From IMG/VR virus record IMGVR_UViG_3300034161_000018, positions 96,001 to 160,000 of that record: a stretch of 64,000 nt of DNA, one strand, 5' to 3'. The notes beneath the pieces were generated by a model that did not search any database, was not told the origin of the DNA, and saw nothing but the letters and a program-made list of their open reading frames with translations. This document shows positions 53,942 to 61,875 of the stretch, piece after piece. A program made the position numbers and the translations under genes. The stretch comes from a virus (lineage: Duplodnaviria > Caudoviricetes). Numbering within the stretch: the first letter of the stretch is position 1; each line of letters opens with the position of its first letter.

Positions 53942-54557
53942 CCAGCGATTCGACTTCGTGATTTTCTTCACCAGTCGCACCGGCCAGCACAACTTGCTGC
54001 GGCTCTTTGTCTTGTTCGAGGATTTCGTAAATCACGTCATCCTTAATGTGTGCGCTGACCAAACGAATTTCCGCGCCTTCCGAAATCGAAAGAATGTCAG
54101 CACTCACGCCGTCAATCGTGGTGATGATTGCGCCGTGTGGGTCTTCGATTGCAGCTTTGAACATTTCCTGCACTTGCAGAATGTCGGCATCGGTCAAACC
54201 GAGGTCACGGTCGAAAGTCAGATGCAGAATGTCGCGCTTGCCCGCTGGCTTCACGACTTTGGCCGCTTCTACTTCGTCGATTTCAACTTCAAAGTATTGC
54301 TGCAAAACGCCGGTATGGGCTTCGATTGCCACGCCTGCAACTTGAATTGCGGCCAACAGTTCCTGATCCAGTTCCGGCAAAGTCAGGCCGACCAGTTTGA
54401 AAACCGGAACGGTACGACCGCGAACCAGACGGCGCGATTCGGCGCTGTTCACAACGCGGATTTCTTTCGTGCCTTCAAAGAAACCGATTTCGCCAGTGTA
54501 GCCGAGTGGGAAAACCAGAACGGTGAAAGGTTTGAAATGAGTATTTACTTCGGACAT
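53916..54557 (-). CDS. Hypothetical protein, 213 aa
   Basis: SD GAGG; operon-coupled. Confidence 0.75.
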   Translation of the reverse strand: MSEVNTHFKPFTVLVFPLGYTGEIGFFEGTKEIRVVNSAESRRLVRGRTVPVFKLVGLTLPELDQELLAAIQVAGVAIEAHTGVLQQYFEVEIDEVEAAKVVKPAGKRDILHLTFDRDLGLTDADILQVQEMFKAAIEDPHGAIITTIDGVSADILSISEGAEIRLVSAHIKDDVIYEILEQDKEPQQVVLAGATGEENHEVESLDDSDAPAV

Positions 54558-54802
54558 TTTGGAACCTCTATCAATACAAGTTCATCACGACCTTGCGCAA
54601 CAGCTAATGCCGCGTGCAATTCTTCGTGAAGGTCTTCGCGGGTTAAATCGACCAATACGATTTGGCCGACATTCAGGTGAATTACTCGATCCGCATCATG
54701 CCGACAATTTGTGATTGCCAGTTTGTGATTGAAAGGATTGCGCGCAATATCAATCAACGGATAGTTTTTCGGGTAGACAACAATATGCGTTACTTCATCC
54801 AT
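54545..54802 (-). CDS. Hypothetical protein (start MDEVTH at 54802)
   Basis: SD AGGT; follows the 54810 stop. Confidence 0.6.
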   Translation of the reverse strand: MDEVTHIVVYPKNYPLIDIARNPFNHKLAITNCRHDADRVIHLNVGQIVLVDLTREDLHEELHAALAVAQGRDELVLIEVPKCPK

Positions 54803-54809
54803 TCTGCAC

Positions 54810-55913
54810 CTACAGAAGTTTGTAGCCTTTCGCAATTGCCTTGAGCGGTTCGGTCGGCTGCAACACGCGGGTCTGCACAACCCATTCCAACCGGCGCTGT
54901 TTGGCTGTGATTTTCCGTTCTTTGTCGCGGACTTTCAAAATCATGTTACGGCTCGGGATCACGATAATGTCGCCACCATTCACATCGCCGAGTTCTGGCC
55001 CAAGCACAACCGACATATCGGAAAGCGTGGTCAGTCGGTCATAGTCGAGCGCAATGTTTTCGCCGCTCAAGTTTGCGAATGGTCTTTCGACGCCAAGATC
55101 GAAATCTAGAACAAGGTGCGTGAATTCTTCGACACGAACATAAACTTCATATTCCTGCCCAGCGTGGTCGCGCAAATCTTCCAACGTAATGTCGGTGCCG
55201 TCGAAGCGTTGCACACGTTCCGGCAAAACCACCAGATTGTTTCGGATGGAAACCGTGACCGATTTGAAATACTTCGGCACGATAATCAAAAACGAAACGA
55301 AACCTTGCTCGGCAGTCCGAACCATGCGGTGCGGTGCTTGCGTGGAATCAACGGTGAAGGCGCGCAGGTTTTCGATATTCAGATTTGTGCAAACGGCGCG
55401 CTGCCGTCCGTAAACAGTGAAGCCCGGCTGCAACATTGTGCGATAGCAAATGCCGCAATTGACCGAACCCCGCATAACCGTATCGTGGAATTCGTCTTCG
55501 CCGTCTTCGATTTCGTGGACTGATTCGTCCCGACCGGAAACGTCGTGGATCAACGTGTCTTCATCGTTGTAAAGTTTTTCGCCCAAACCATCGCCGAGGA
55601 AATCGTCATCCTGAAACTTGATTCGGATTCCGTCGTTGCGACTTTCTTTGTGCGGAATGACTGGTGCAATTTCTGTCACGCCATCTTCGGCTTCCGGCAA
55701 AGGTTGCGTATGAGTTTGTGAACAGGAACACGGAACGCCGACCAGTTGTTGAATCTGGTAGAGTTCGATTTCTACCGAATCGACACGCAACGAGTTTTCC
55801 ACTTGCTTGTTGAAAGCGTCAACCGTTTCGTCCAAACGCTTTTGCGCTTGGGGATGCGTGTAGTTCCGGGCGTTGCCTCTTTGGTTTACGAAGCGCCCGC
55901 TTTTGACTGCCAT
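54810..55913 (-). CDS. Probable virion head-closure/neck-type protein (start MAVKSG at 55913), 367 aa
   Basis: SD GGAGG. The CSC...CGICY cysteine pattern and beta-rich C-terminus resemble jumbo-phage head-closure proteins. The ORF track start at 56558 overlaps RuvC and is spurious. Confidence 0.45.
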   Translation of the reverse strand: MAVKSGRFVNQRGNARNYTHPQAQKRLDETVDAFNKQVENSLRVDSVEIELYQIQQLVGVPCSCSQTHTQPLPEAEDGVTEIAPVIPHKESRNDGIRIKFQDDDFLGDGLGEKLYNDEDTLIHDVSGRDESVHEIEDGEDEFHDTVMRGSVNCGICYRTMLQPGFTVYGRQRAVCTNLNIENLRAFTVDSTQAPHRMVRTAEQGFVSFLIIVPKYFKSVTVSIRNNLVVLPERVQRFDGTDITLEDLRDHAGQEYEVYVRVEEFTHLVLDFDLGVERPFANLSGENIALDYDRLTTLSDMSVVLGPELGDVNGGDIIVIPSRNMILKVRDKERKITAKQRRLEWVVQTRVLQPTEPLKAIAKGYKLL

Positions 55914-56012
55914 AAAAAATCCTCCGGTGTCTCCTACTAAATTCCTCAAATATCGGCTGGAATTTTTGAGTTGGTTTGAGGAATTTGACAGCATGACCCG
56001 AGGGAACCAAAC

Positions 56013-56612
56013 ATGGCCAAGGCAAAACAGAAACCCAAAACCATTACGGTAATGGGTTGCGATATGGGCACTGCGAATTTCGGCGTGACCGTAATCAAAG
56101 CAGGCATCGTGGACGGCGTGTTCAAGTTCAAGATCGAAGGCACCGCAATGATGGGCCGGATGATTAAAGACATTACAAACATTCAGCGCGAAGCCGAAGC
56201 GTTCAAAGCGGAATTCGCTCGCTTGCCTCAAGTTGATTATTTGGCAGCGGAAAGATTTCAAACGCGACCGGGTGGCCGGGGCAAACGTGCTGGCGCCGGT
56301 TCGACTGTCGAATCCATTTCGATGATGTTGGGCATTCTGCTTTGCGAACGCGCCGACACGCCAATCGTTTTCTATACGGCAGCAACGTGGAAGAACGCAT
56401 TCAACCGCACAGCCGCTGACCTGAAAGAAATGTATGAGGACACAAAAAAGATCAAGGCGTTTGCGATCCACCAACTCGACTCGACTTTGATTGCGATTTA
56501 TCACGCTTGCAAAATCTTGGGCGTGCCGCCGTTCCCATTCATCACTTCCTATAAGCATGAACAGCTTTTGGTTGAACGCCTTTTGGCTGCCCCGAATCTT
56601 TTTGCGGAATAA
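56013..56612 (+). CDS. ruvC: RuvC-like Holliday junction resolvase
   Basis: VMGCDMGTANFG (D), LAAERFQ (E), HQLDSTLIA (D). Confidence 0.8.
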   Translation: MAKAKQKPKTITVMGCDMGTANFGVTVIKAGIVDGVFKFKIEGTAMMGRMIKDITNIQREAEAFKAEFARLPQVDYLAAERFQTRPGGRGKRAGAGSTVESISMMLGILLCERADTPIVFYTAATWKNAFNRTAADLKEMYEDTKKIKAFAIHQLDSTLIAIYHACKILGVPPFPFITSYKHEQLLVERLLAAPNLFAE

Positions 56613-56621
56613 AACTGTAAA
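56612..56621 (+). promoter_or_regulatory. AAACTGTAAA motif
   Basis: Exact copy about 35 nt upstream of the 56656 ATG. Confidence 0.6.
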
Positions 56622-56655
56622 ATAGACATGGAATCTCCCGAAAAGAGGATATAAA

Positions 56656-57084
56656 ATGTCGGAAGTACAGAGTTTGCCAACACCGCTCTACAGAAACTAT
56701 TTCAGTTTGGAAATCTTCCCATTCGGCGAGCCAACCACTGCTGAAAAGTCGCTGCTCAAGCTGATCGAAGATTTGAAATTCGCCAATTGGGAAGTCAACG
56801 GCGACGGAATCCTCGTGACAATCGGCATTGAGGAAACCGAAGAAAATCTGGAACGTCTGCACAAGTTCATCGCGGCCCTGCGCAATAAGGAAGCGATCAA
56901 GACGTTGACCATTCACCGTGAAAACCCGAAGCTGCAAAGTTTTGGTTTCATGATGTTTGACCACCTGATGTTCAAGTCGATGCGCAGCGGCATTGATTCC
57001 AAACTTCACGAAACGGTTTACACGCGGATCACGCTGACCGCTCGCCACTTTGCATTCGGCAAGAAAAAACCCGAAGGTGAGTGA
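56656..57084 (+). CDS. Hypothetical protein, 142 aa
   Basis: SD GAGGA. Confidence 0.8.
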   Translation: MSEVQSLPTPLYRNYFSLEIFPFGEPTTAEKSLLKLIEDLKFANWEVNGDGILVTIGIEETEENLERLHKFIAALRNKEAIKTLTIHRENPKLQSFGFMMFDHLMFKSMRSGIDSKLHETVYTRITLTARHFAFGKKKPEGE

Positions 57085-57614
57085 TGAAAAAGCCTGAGCC
57101 GGTTAAGACGTGTCCCGAACATCCGGGCTATCGTTTCAAAACGAAATGCACGATCACCAGTTGCAAGTTTTTCACCGAGCACACAAAGCATCGGTGCATG
57201 GCGTTGGACACAGTGTTCACCGCCTCGGAAAAAGGAATCACTGATTCTGAATTGTGCGTGCTGAAATTTCCTGAGCACGACAAGAAGACAGTGTTTTCCA
57301 TTCGCAAAAGCGCGCAAGACCGCGTTCATGCGATTATGGTTCTCCATCAATTCGCCAAGCATTGCGAAGAACATGAAAGTCAGACCGAAGGCTTTCCGTA
57401 TGTGAAGCATGCAAATCCATTGGTGGATCGGTTGGTGAAAACCAAGGTGTTCAAGCTGCGCCTGTTGGGCCTGAAACCTTGGATGTTGAAATTCCTCTGC
57501 GATGATTCTTACGTCCGTAAGGTTTGTCCGATGGAAGTTAAGTTCCACACCCTTTTCAAACTCAAACCCAAAGAGCTTGAAGAAATCAAAACCTACGTCA
57601 AGGAAAACTCGTAA
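57081..57614 (+). CDS. Cys/His-rich protein with possible HTH, 177 aa
   Basis: CPEH...CTITSC...H..C, then ITDSELCVLKF...TVFSIRKSAQDRV. Confidence 0.6.
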   Translation: MMKKPEPVKTCPEHPGYRFKTKCTITSCKFFTEHTKHRCMALDTVFTASEKGITDSELCVLKFPEHDKKTVFSIRKSAQDRVHAIMVLHQFAKHCEEHESQTEGFPYVKHANPLVDRLVKTKVFKLRLLGLKPWMLKFLCDDSYVRKVCPMEVKFHTLFKLKPKELEEIKTYVKENS

Positions 57615-58234
57615 TGAGCGAGCAAAACCAGAAAGCCAAACTCAAACTGCTTACCGTGCCTCAAGCCGAGGCCGACACGAAAGAAAGCCGTCTGTACGTG
57701 GTGAACCGCACCAACAATCCGCAAGGCAATATCAACATCACCGTAGTCGGCGATGACGGCCAGAAAACCACCGTCGTGGTTCCTGCAACTTTCATCCCGT
57801 TCGATATGTCGAACTACATTTCCAAAGGCGCTCTGTTGCGCGCTCCGGAATTCCGCAAACTGGTCGCCAACAAACTGATCGTTCTGGCCGACGCCAACGA
57901 AGCCGAAAAGTTCATCGAGTCTTCGCCGCGTGCGCAGCGTGAACAAAAACGTCTTCTGTCTTCCAACGCGAACACCGACGACGACGAATTCTTCGTTGAA
58001 ATCGACGACACCGTGCGCCAGCCGAAGCCAAACGTTCCGGAACAGAAAGCACAGCCTTTCATTCTGGCGATCATCGACCGCGAAAATACCGAAGACGCTG
58101 GCGACCTGCTGGCAGAACTGGATTCGCGTTCGGGCAACATGACCATCGACGACGCCGAATACCTCATGAGCAACACCAAGCAAGCGGCCATCAAGCAATG
58201 GGCCGCCGACCTGATCCGCGAACTGCAAGAGTAA
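57614..58234 (+). CDS. Highly expressed hypothetical protein, 206 aa
   Basis: TAATG overlap; strong C-ending codon bias. Confidence 0.8.
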   Translation: MSEQNQKAKLKLLTVPQAEADTKESRLYVVNRTNNPQGNINITVVGDDGQKTTVVVPATFIPFDMSNYISKGALLRAPEFRKLVANKLIVLADANEAEKFIESSPRAQREQKRLLSSNANTDDDEFFVEIDDTVRQPKPNVPEQKAQPFILAIIDRENTEDAGDLLAELDSRSGNMTIDDAEYLMSNTKQAAIKQWAADLIRELQE

Positions 58235-58240
58235 AAAGTT

Positions 58241-58561
58241 ATGCTCCCGAATTCCAGAAAAGAAATGGAAGCGTTTATCGCCGCAGCCACCGACGGCAAA
58301 TTGGAAGTCCACTGGCTTGAACAAGGCCAGTGTGCGTATCACCCAACCGCAGACGGAAAAATCTTTCTGGAAGAACGGGAAGAACTTTTTATCGGTGCGG
58401 ATGCCGAAGAAAAGCTGAGAGAGTTTTTCAAAGGCGCGACCTTCTGTGGTGAAAAGGGCGTGACCCTGCGCCATCAAGGTTTGCAGAAGTTTGCACCGTA
58501 TGATTTTGCGACCAACACGTCCAAGCCGGGCGGGCACGCAATGGCATTTGCATTTTACTGA
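58241..58561 (+). CDS. Hypothetical protein, 106 aa
   Basis: Operon-coupled; followed by a terminator. Confidence 0.7.
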   Translation: MLPNSRKEMEAFIAAATDGKLEVHWLEQGQCAYHPTADGKIFLEEREELFIGADAEEKLREFFKGATFCGEKGVTLRHQGLQKFAPYDFATNTSKPGGHAMAFAFY

Positions 58562-58572
58562 TCCATCGAAGC

Positions 58573-58615
58573 AAAAAAAAAGGCCGCAATCCAATTAAGG
58601 AAAGCGGCCTTTTTT
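58573..58615. terminator. Bidirectional terminator
   Basis: AAAAAAAAAGGCCGC...GCGGCCTTTTTT between convergent genes. Confidence 0.88.
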
Positions 58616-58625
58616 CGTTTCTGCA

Positions 58626-58943
58626 TCAGGGCGTCATTGTTACAGGGAAGTCGAACTCGAAACCCAATTCGGTTTCTCCAAATTTCAAAGTCGCAACTTC
58701 TTCGGCAGTGGTAATGCTCATATCCAAAACGGCATCGAACCGTTCCTCCCACTTGACCATCACAGCGCCAGCCGTGTGAATGATCTTGTCCCGCGCCTGT
58801 CTGTCTTCCGTTGGTTTACCAATCGCGAATGCCAGTGCCCGACGTAAATCGTCTTCAATCATCCGCTTAACTTTTTCGAGAACGAACGGCGGTTCCCATA
58901 CTTGATAATTGTACGGCATGGAATCTTCAAGCTGCGTGCTCAT
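58626..58943 (-). CDS. Hypothetical protein, about 100 aa
   Basis: Downstream of the primase. Confidence 0.7.
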   Translation of the reverse strand: MSTQLEDSMPYNYQVWEPPFVLEKVKRMIEDDLRRALAFAIGKPTEDRQARDKIIHTAGAVMVKWEERFDAVLDMSITTAEEVATLKFGETELGFEFDFPVTMTP

Positions 58944-59904
58944 AAACGATAGCCTTTACTTTGTCGATGAATTTTTGAGGGGCGTTGTCCGGATCAAGCT
59001 CAATGATTTTTCCCTTGTCGTCTTTCTTGCGAGGCAGTCGCAGGAATTCAAACGGGATCACACCTTCACAAACTTGTTCGATCAATTCCGCCATCTTGTA
59101 ACCGGCAGCGTCATTGTCGGGAAACGCGTAAATCTTTTCGATACCTAGACCCATAAGGATCATGAGTTTCTTTTTACTAAACATCGAGGAACCGAGAATG
59201 GAGCAGCATGGGATTTTGTTTTTCACCATGCGCAACCAGTCACGCGGCCCTTCCGTCAGTACGATTGCTTTGCAGCCGTACAATTTCTTTTTGCGCATGT
59301 AGTCGTAACCGAGCAGACCGTAATCTTTCGACCAGTCGCCGGTGGTGTTGAAATACGATGGGCCTTTTTTCGGCTTCTCGCGCAACGCACGCACACCGCC
59401 GCGATAACGCCCGTTGATATAGACCGGCAGCACCAACATCAATTCATCAAAACGCATATCGTCGTAAACGTAACCTTCGACGCGATTGATTAGTTTGCCC
59501 GAGTAGGAACGCCATGTCGCACCTTTCGGCCACGGCAAAACGGCGTTACCAACTTCGTCAAACAAACGCTGGATCGTCATGTTCTTTGTGCCGATTTGTT
59601 CGGCCTTCTTTTTATCGAACCGTACCATCGAACCGTCTGTGGTCGCTTCGATGTTTTGCCACTCTTTGATTTCTTCAAGGCCAGCGTGCTTTGCAAACTT
59701 ATTCCAGCCGCCAGATTGTTTGCAGCCGAAACAGTAGAAAGTGCCGACCCGTACTTCTTTTTCCGTACTCATGTTTACGGAACAGGAAGGCGAGCGTTCA
59801 TCATGGAACGGGCAACACACGACGATAGCGTCACCCGTTTGATTCTTCGGCCCTTCAATCTTTTGTAACTCACGACCGATTACTGTAAACGCATCTTCAA
59901 ACAT
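58927..59904 (-). CDS. dnaG: DNA primase (CHC2 zinc finger + TOPRIM)
   Basis: CPFHDERSPSC...FYCFGC, VLTEGPRD, FPDNDAAG. Confidence 0.9.
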   Translation of the reverse strand: MFEDAFTVIGRELQKIEGPKNQTGDAIVVCCPFHDERSPSCSVNMSTEKEVRVGTFYCFGCKQSGGWNKFAKHAGLEEIKEWQNIEATTDGSMVRFDKKKAEQIGTKNMTIQRLFDEVGNAVLPWPKGATWRSYSGKLINRVEGYVYDDMRFDELMLVLPVYINGRYRGGVRALREKPKKGPSYFNTTGDWSKDYGLLGYDYMRKKKLYGCKAIVLTEGPRDWLRMVKNKIPCCSILGSSMFSKKKLMILMGLGIEKIYAFPDNDAAGYKMAELIEQVCEGVIPFEFLRLPRKKDDKGKIIELDPDNAPQKFIDKVKAIVYEHAA

Positions 59905-59952
59905 GAAGGAAAACCTCAGTCATGCCTTTAATTTCATTGTATACGCTTGGAG

Positions 59953-59962
59953 TTTACAGTTT
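59953..59962 (-). promoter_or_regulatory. AAACTGTAAA motif upstream of the primase
   Basis: AAACTGTAAACTCCA, identical to the polymerase copy. Confidence 0.65.
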
Positions 59963-60034
59963 AGGCGTGTCCGGATACTTGGAGGCCATTTTCCTACAAA
60001 CAATTCGCGTGTGCAGAACCCGCTAAGGTGTCAA

Positions 60035-61072
60035 ATGTTTAAAAACCTGAAACCCAAAGTCGGTGGTTCCGGCGGACAGTACGGCAATGCTCGCAAGCTG
60101 ACTGTTATCGCCTCGCACTTCGGGCGAATCTACCAAGAAACAATGGAAAAAACGATTACTGTTGCGAACGGGCGTGGCCCTGAATTTCGCCCGTCGTCTT
60201 TTCCAATTTGTCCCGTGCTGGCCTACATGCAAATGCGCGATGCGGCGACCTACGGTTCGTTCCGTCAAACCATGAGCGCCAGCGGTGGCTTTTTCACTTC
60301 GGTTGGAACAGCCGCTCACGAAAACATTCAATACTTCCTCGCCGAGTGCGGTAAAACTTTTGGCGATTGGAAATGTTACAACAAGAAATGCGACGCGCAC
60401 AAACGGAGCCGCGATCTTTTCGATGAAGACGGTAACTGCATTCGCAAAGGCAAGTTGACGCGGAAAAATACCGTGAACAACAAATGCCCGAAATGCGGCG
60501 AAGCAATGGAGTACATCGAGAAAGAAGTAAACTACAACGGATTGAAAGGTCACATCGACTGCATCTACCTGATGCCAAGCGGAAAGTATTGGGTAGCGGA
60601 TTACAAAACCTGCACAAAGAATTTGCTGGCCGGTAAGAAGCTGCCGAAGCGCGAACACTTAATGCAGATTCCGACTTACTGCTACGTGCTCGAAAAAGAA
60701 TACGGCATGGAAATCGAAGGGTTTAGCCTTTTGTATTTCAGCCGCGACAATCCTTTCGAGTTCAAAGAGCACGCCGAGCAGTGGGACAAACGCTGGCGTC
60801 TGCGCGTCAAAGATTTGATTGCTCTACAACGCAAGCGCTACAAAAGCGCGGTGCAAGCATTTGCCCAAAAGAAACCGGAACTGGCCGCTGACCAAAAGCC
60901 GTGTTCAATGCCGGATGATTACGAAAAGCAAATGCCCGCGTATGAGCCGTGCCCTATGGAAAAGGTTTGCTTCAATCGCAAAAAGCTTTTGAAGGCTATG
61001 GAGCCGGACTACACAAACAAGCAGCGCATCAAACTTTTGGAGCGTTTGCCAAACAGCGATCTATACGTCTAA
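60035..61072 (+). CDS. Cas4/RecB-like PD-(D/E)XK exonuclease (start MFKNLK at 60035)
   Basis: RPSSFPICP, GTAAH, GHID, ADYKT, Q..TY and C-terminal Cys residues. SD AAGGTG. Confidence 0.8.
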   Translation: MFKNLKPKVGGSGGQYGNARKLTVIASHFGRIYQETMEKTITVANGRGPEFRPSSFPICPVLAYMQMRDAATYGSFRQTMSASGGFFTSVGTAAHENIQYFLAECGKTFGDWKCYNKKCDAHKRSRDLFDEDGNCIRKGKLTRKNTVNNKCPKCGEAMEYIEKEVNYNGLKGHIDCIYLMPSGKYWVADYKTCTKNLLAGKKLPKREHLMQIPTYCYVLEKEYGMEIEGFSLLYFSRDNPFEFKEHAEQWDKRWRLRVKDLIALQRKRYKSAVQAFAQKKPELAADQKPCSMPDDYEKQMPAYEPCPMEKVCFNRKKLLKAMEPDYTNKQRIKLLERLPNSDLYV

Positions 61073-61085
61073 CGGAGTTTCAACA

Positions 61086-61790
61086 ATGAAGATTCAAATC
61101 AAACTGGGCGCGACCACTGCGCTTTCTGGTTCCGTCTACAGCGAACCAGATATGGAAGCGGTCGAACAACTTCTGCCTTCCGATGAAGAACTGGCCGAAC
61201 GCGAAACCGAGAAAGCGGAAAAGGAACGCCGCGAACAGGCCGAGGAAGCCAAGAAGAAAGCGACCGAACAGAAAGACAAGAAAGAAGACAAAGGGCCGGA
61301 AGATAAAGTCGGCGACACAAGCAGCGACGACGAAGAAGATTCGGAAGACGACGAAGATTCCGAAGACGGCGACGAAGAAGATTCGGAAGAAGGTGATGAA
61401 GAAGATGGAGACGAAGAAGAATCCGATGATTCGGATGACTCTGATTCAGACGAAGATGATGAAGCCGAAGAAGACGATGAAGCAACGGCTGCATCGTTTG
61501 AAGACGCAAACATTCTCGGCACTGATGCGCTGGAATCGGAAAATCTGAAACAGGAAGCCGAAGAAAAGGCTACCAAGAAACCGGAAGACATGACGCCGGA
61601 TGAATTGGAAGAATATTTGGCCGAACAGAAAGCCAAAGAGGAAGAAGAAGCCGCGCAGAAAGTCGAAAACGAAAACCCGGATGGTGAAGGCGCCGCAATC
61701 GAAAAACCAGCAGCGCCACCGCCTAGCGCGGCTGTGGCTTCGGCACTCGCAGCACTGGACGATAACCTGCGGCCCACCAGCTTCCTGTAA
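61086..61790 (+). CDS. Highly acidic low-complexity protein, 234 aa
   Basis: Long D/E tract (SSDDEEDSEDDEDSEDGDEEDSEE...); SD GGAG. Confidence 0.8.
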   Translation: MKIQIKLGATTALSGSVYSEPDMEAVEQLLPSDEELAERETEKAEKERREQAEEAKKKATEQKDKKEDKGPEDKVGDTSSDDEEDSEDDEDSEDGDEEDSEEGDEEDGDEEESDDSDDSDSDEDDEAEEDDEATAASFEDANILGTDALESENLKQEAEEKATKKPEDMTPDELEEYLAEQKAKEEEEAAQKVENENPDGEGAAIEKPAAPPPSAAVASALAALDDNLRPTSFL

Positions 61791-61798
61791 ACTGTAAA
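61789..61798 (+). promoter_or_regulatory. AAACTGTAAA motif upstream of gyrB
   Basis: CTGTAAACTGTAAAC tandem at the stop of the acidic gene. Confidence 0.6.
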
Positions 61799-61875
61799 CT
61801 CAGGTCATACCGGCAGTGGGCTGGTTTCAATCGGCCCATTCCAAACTTTACGAAAGCCCGACTGGAGTTGTTTAC

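Noticed and set aside
27536-60034. ORF-track starts at 28618, 36832, 39026, 50447, 56558 and 59903
   Set aside because: These extend into neighbouring genes or terminators; downstream starts with clear SD sequences were used instead.
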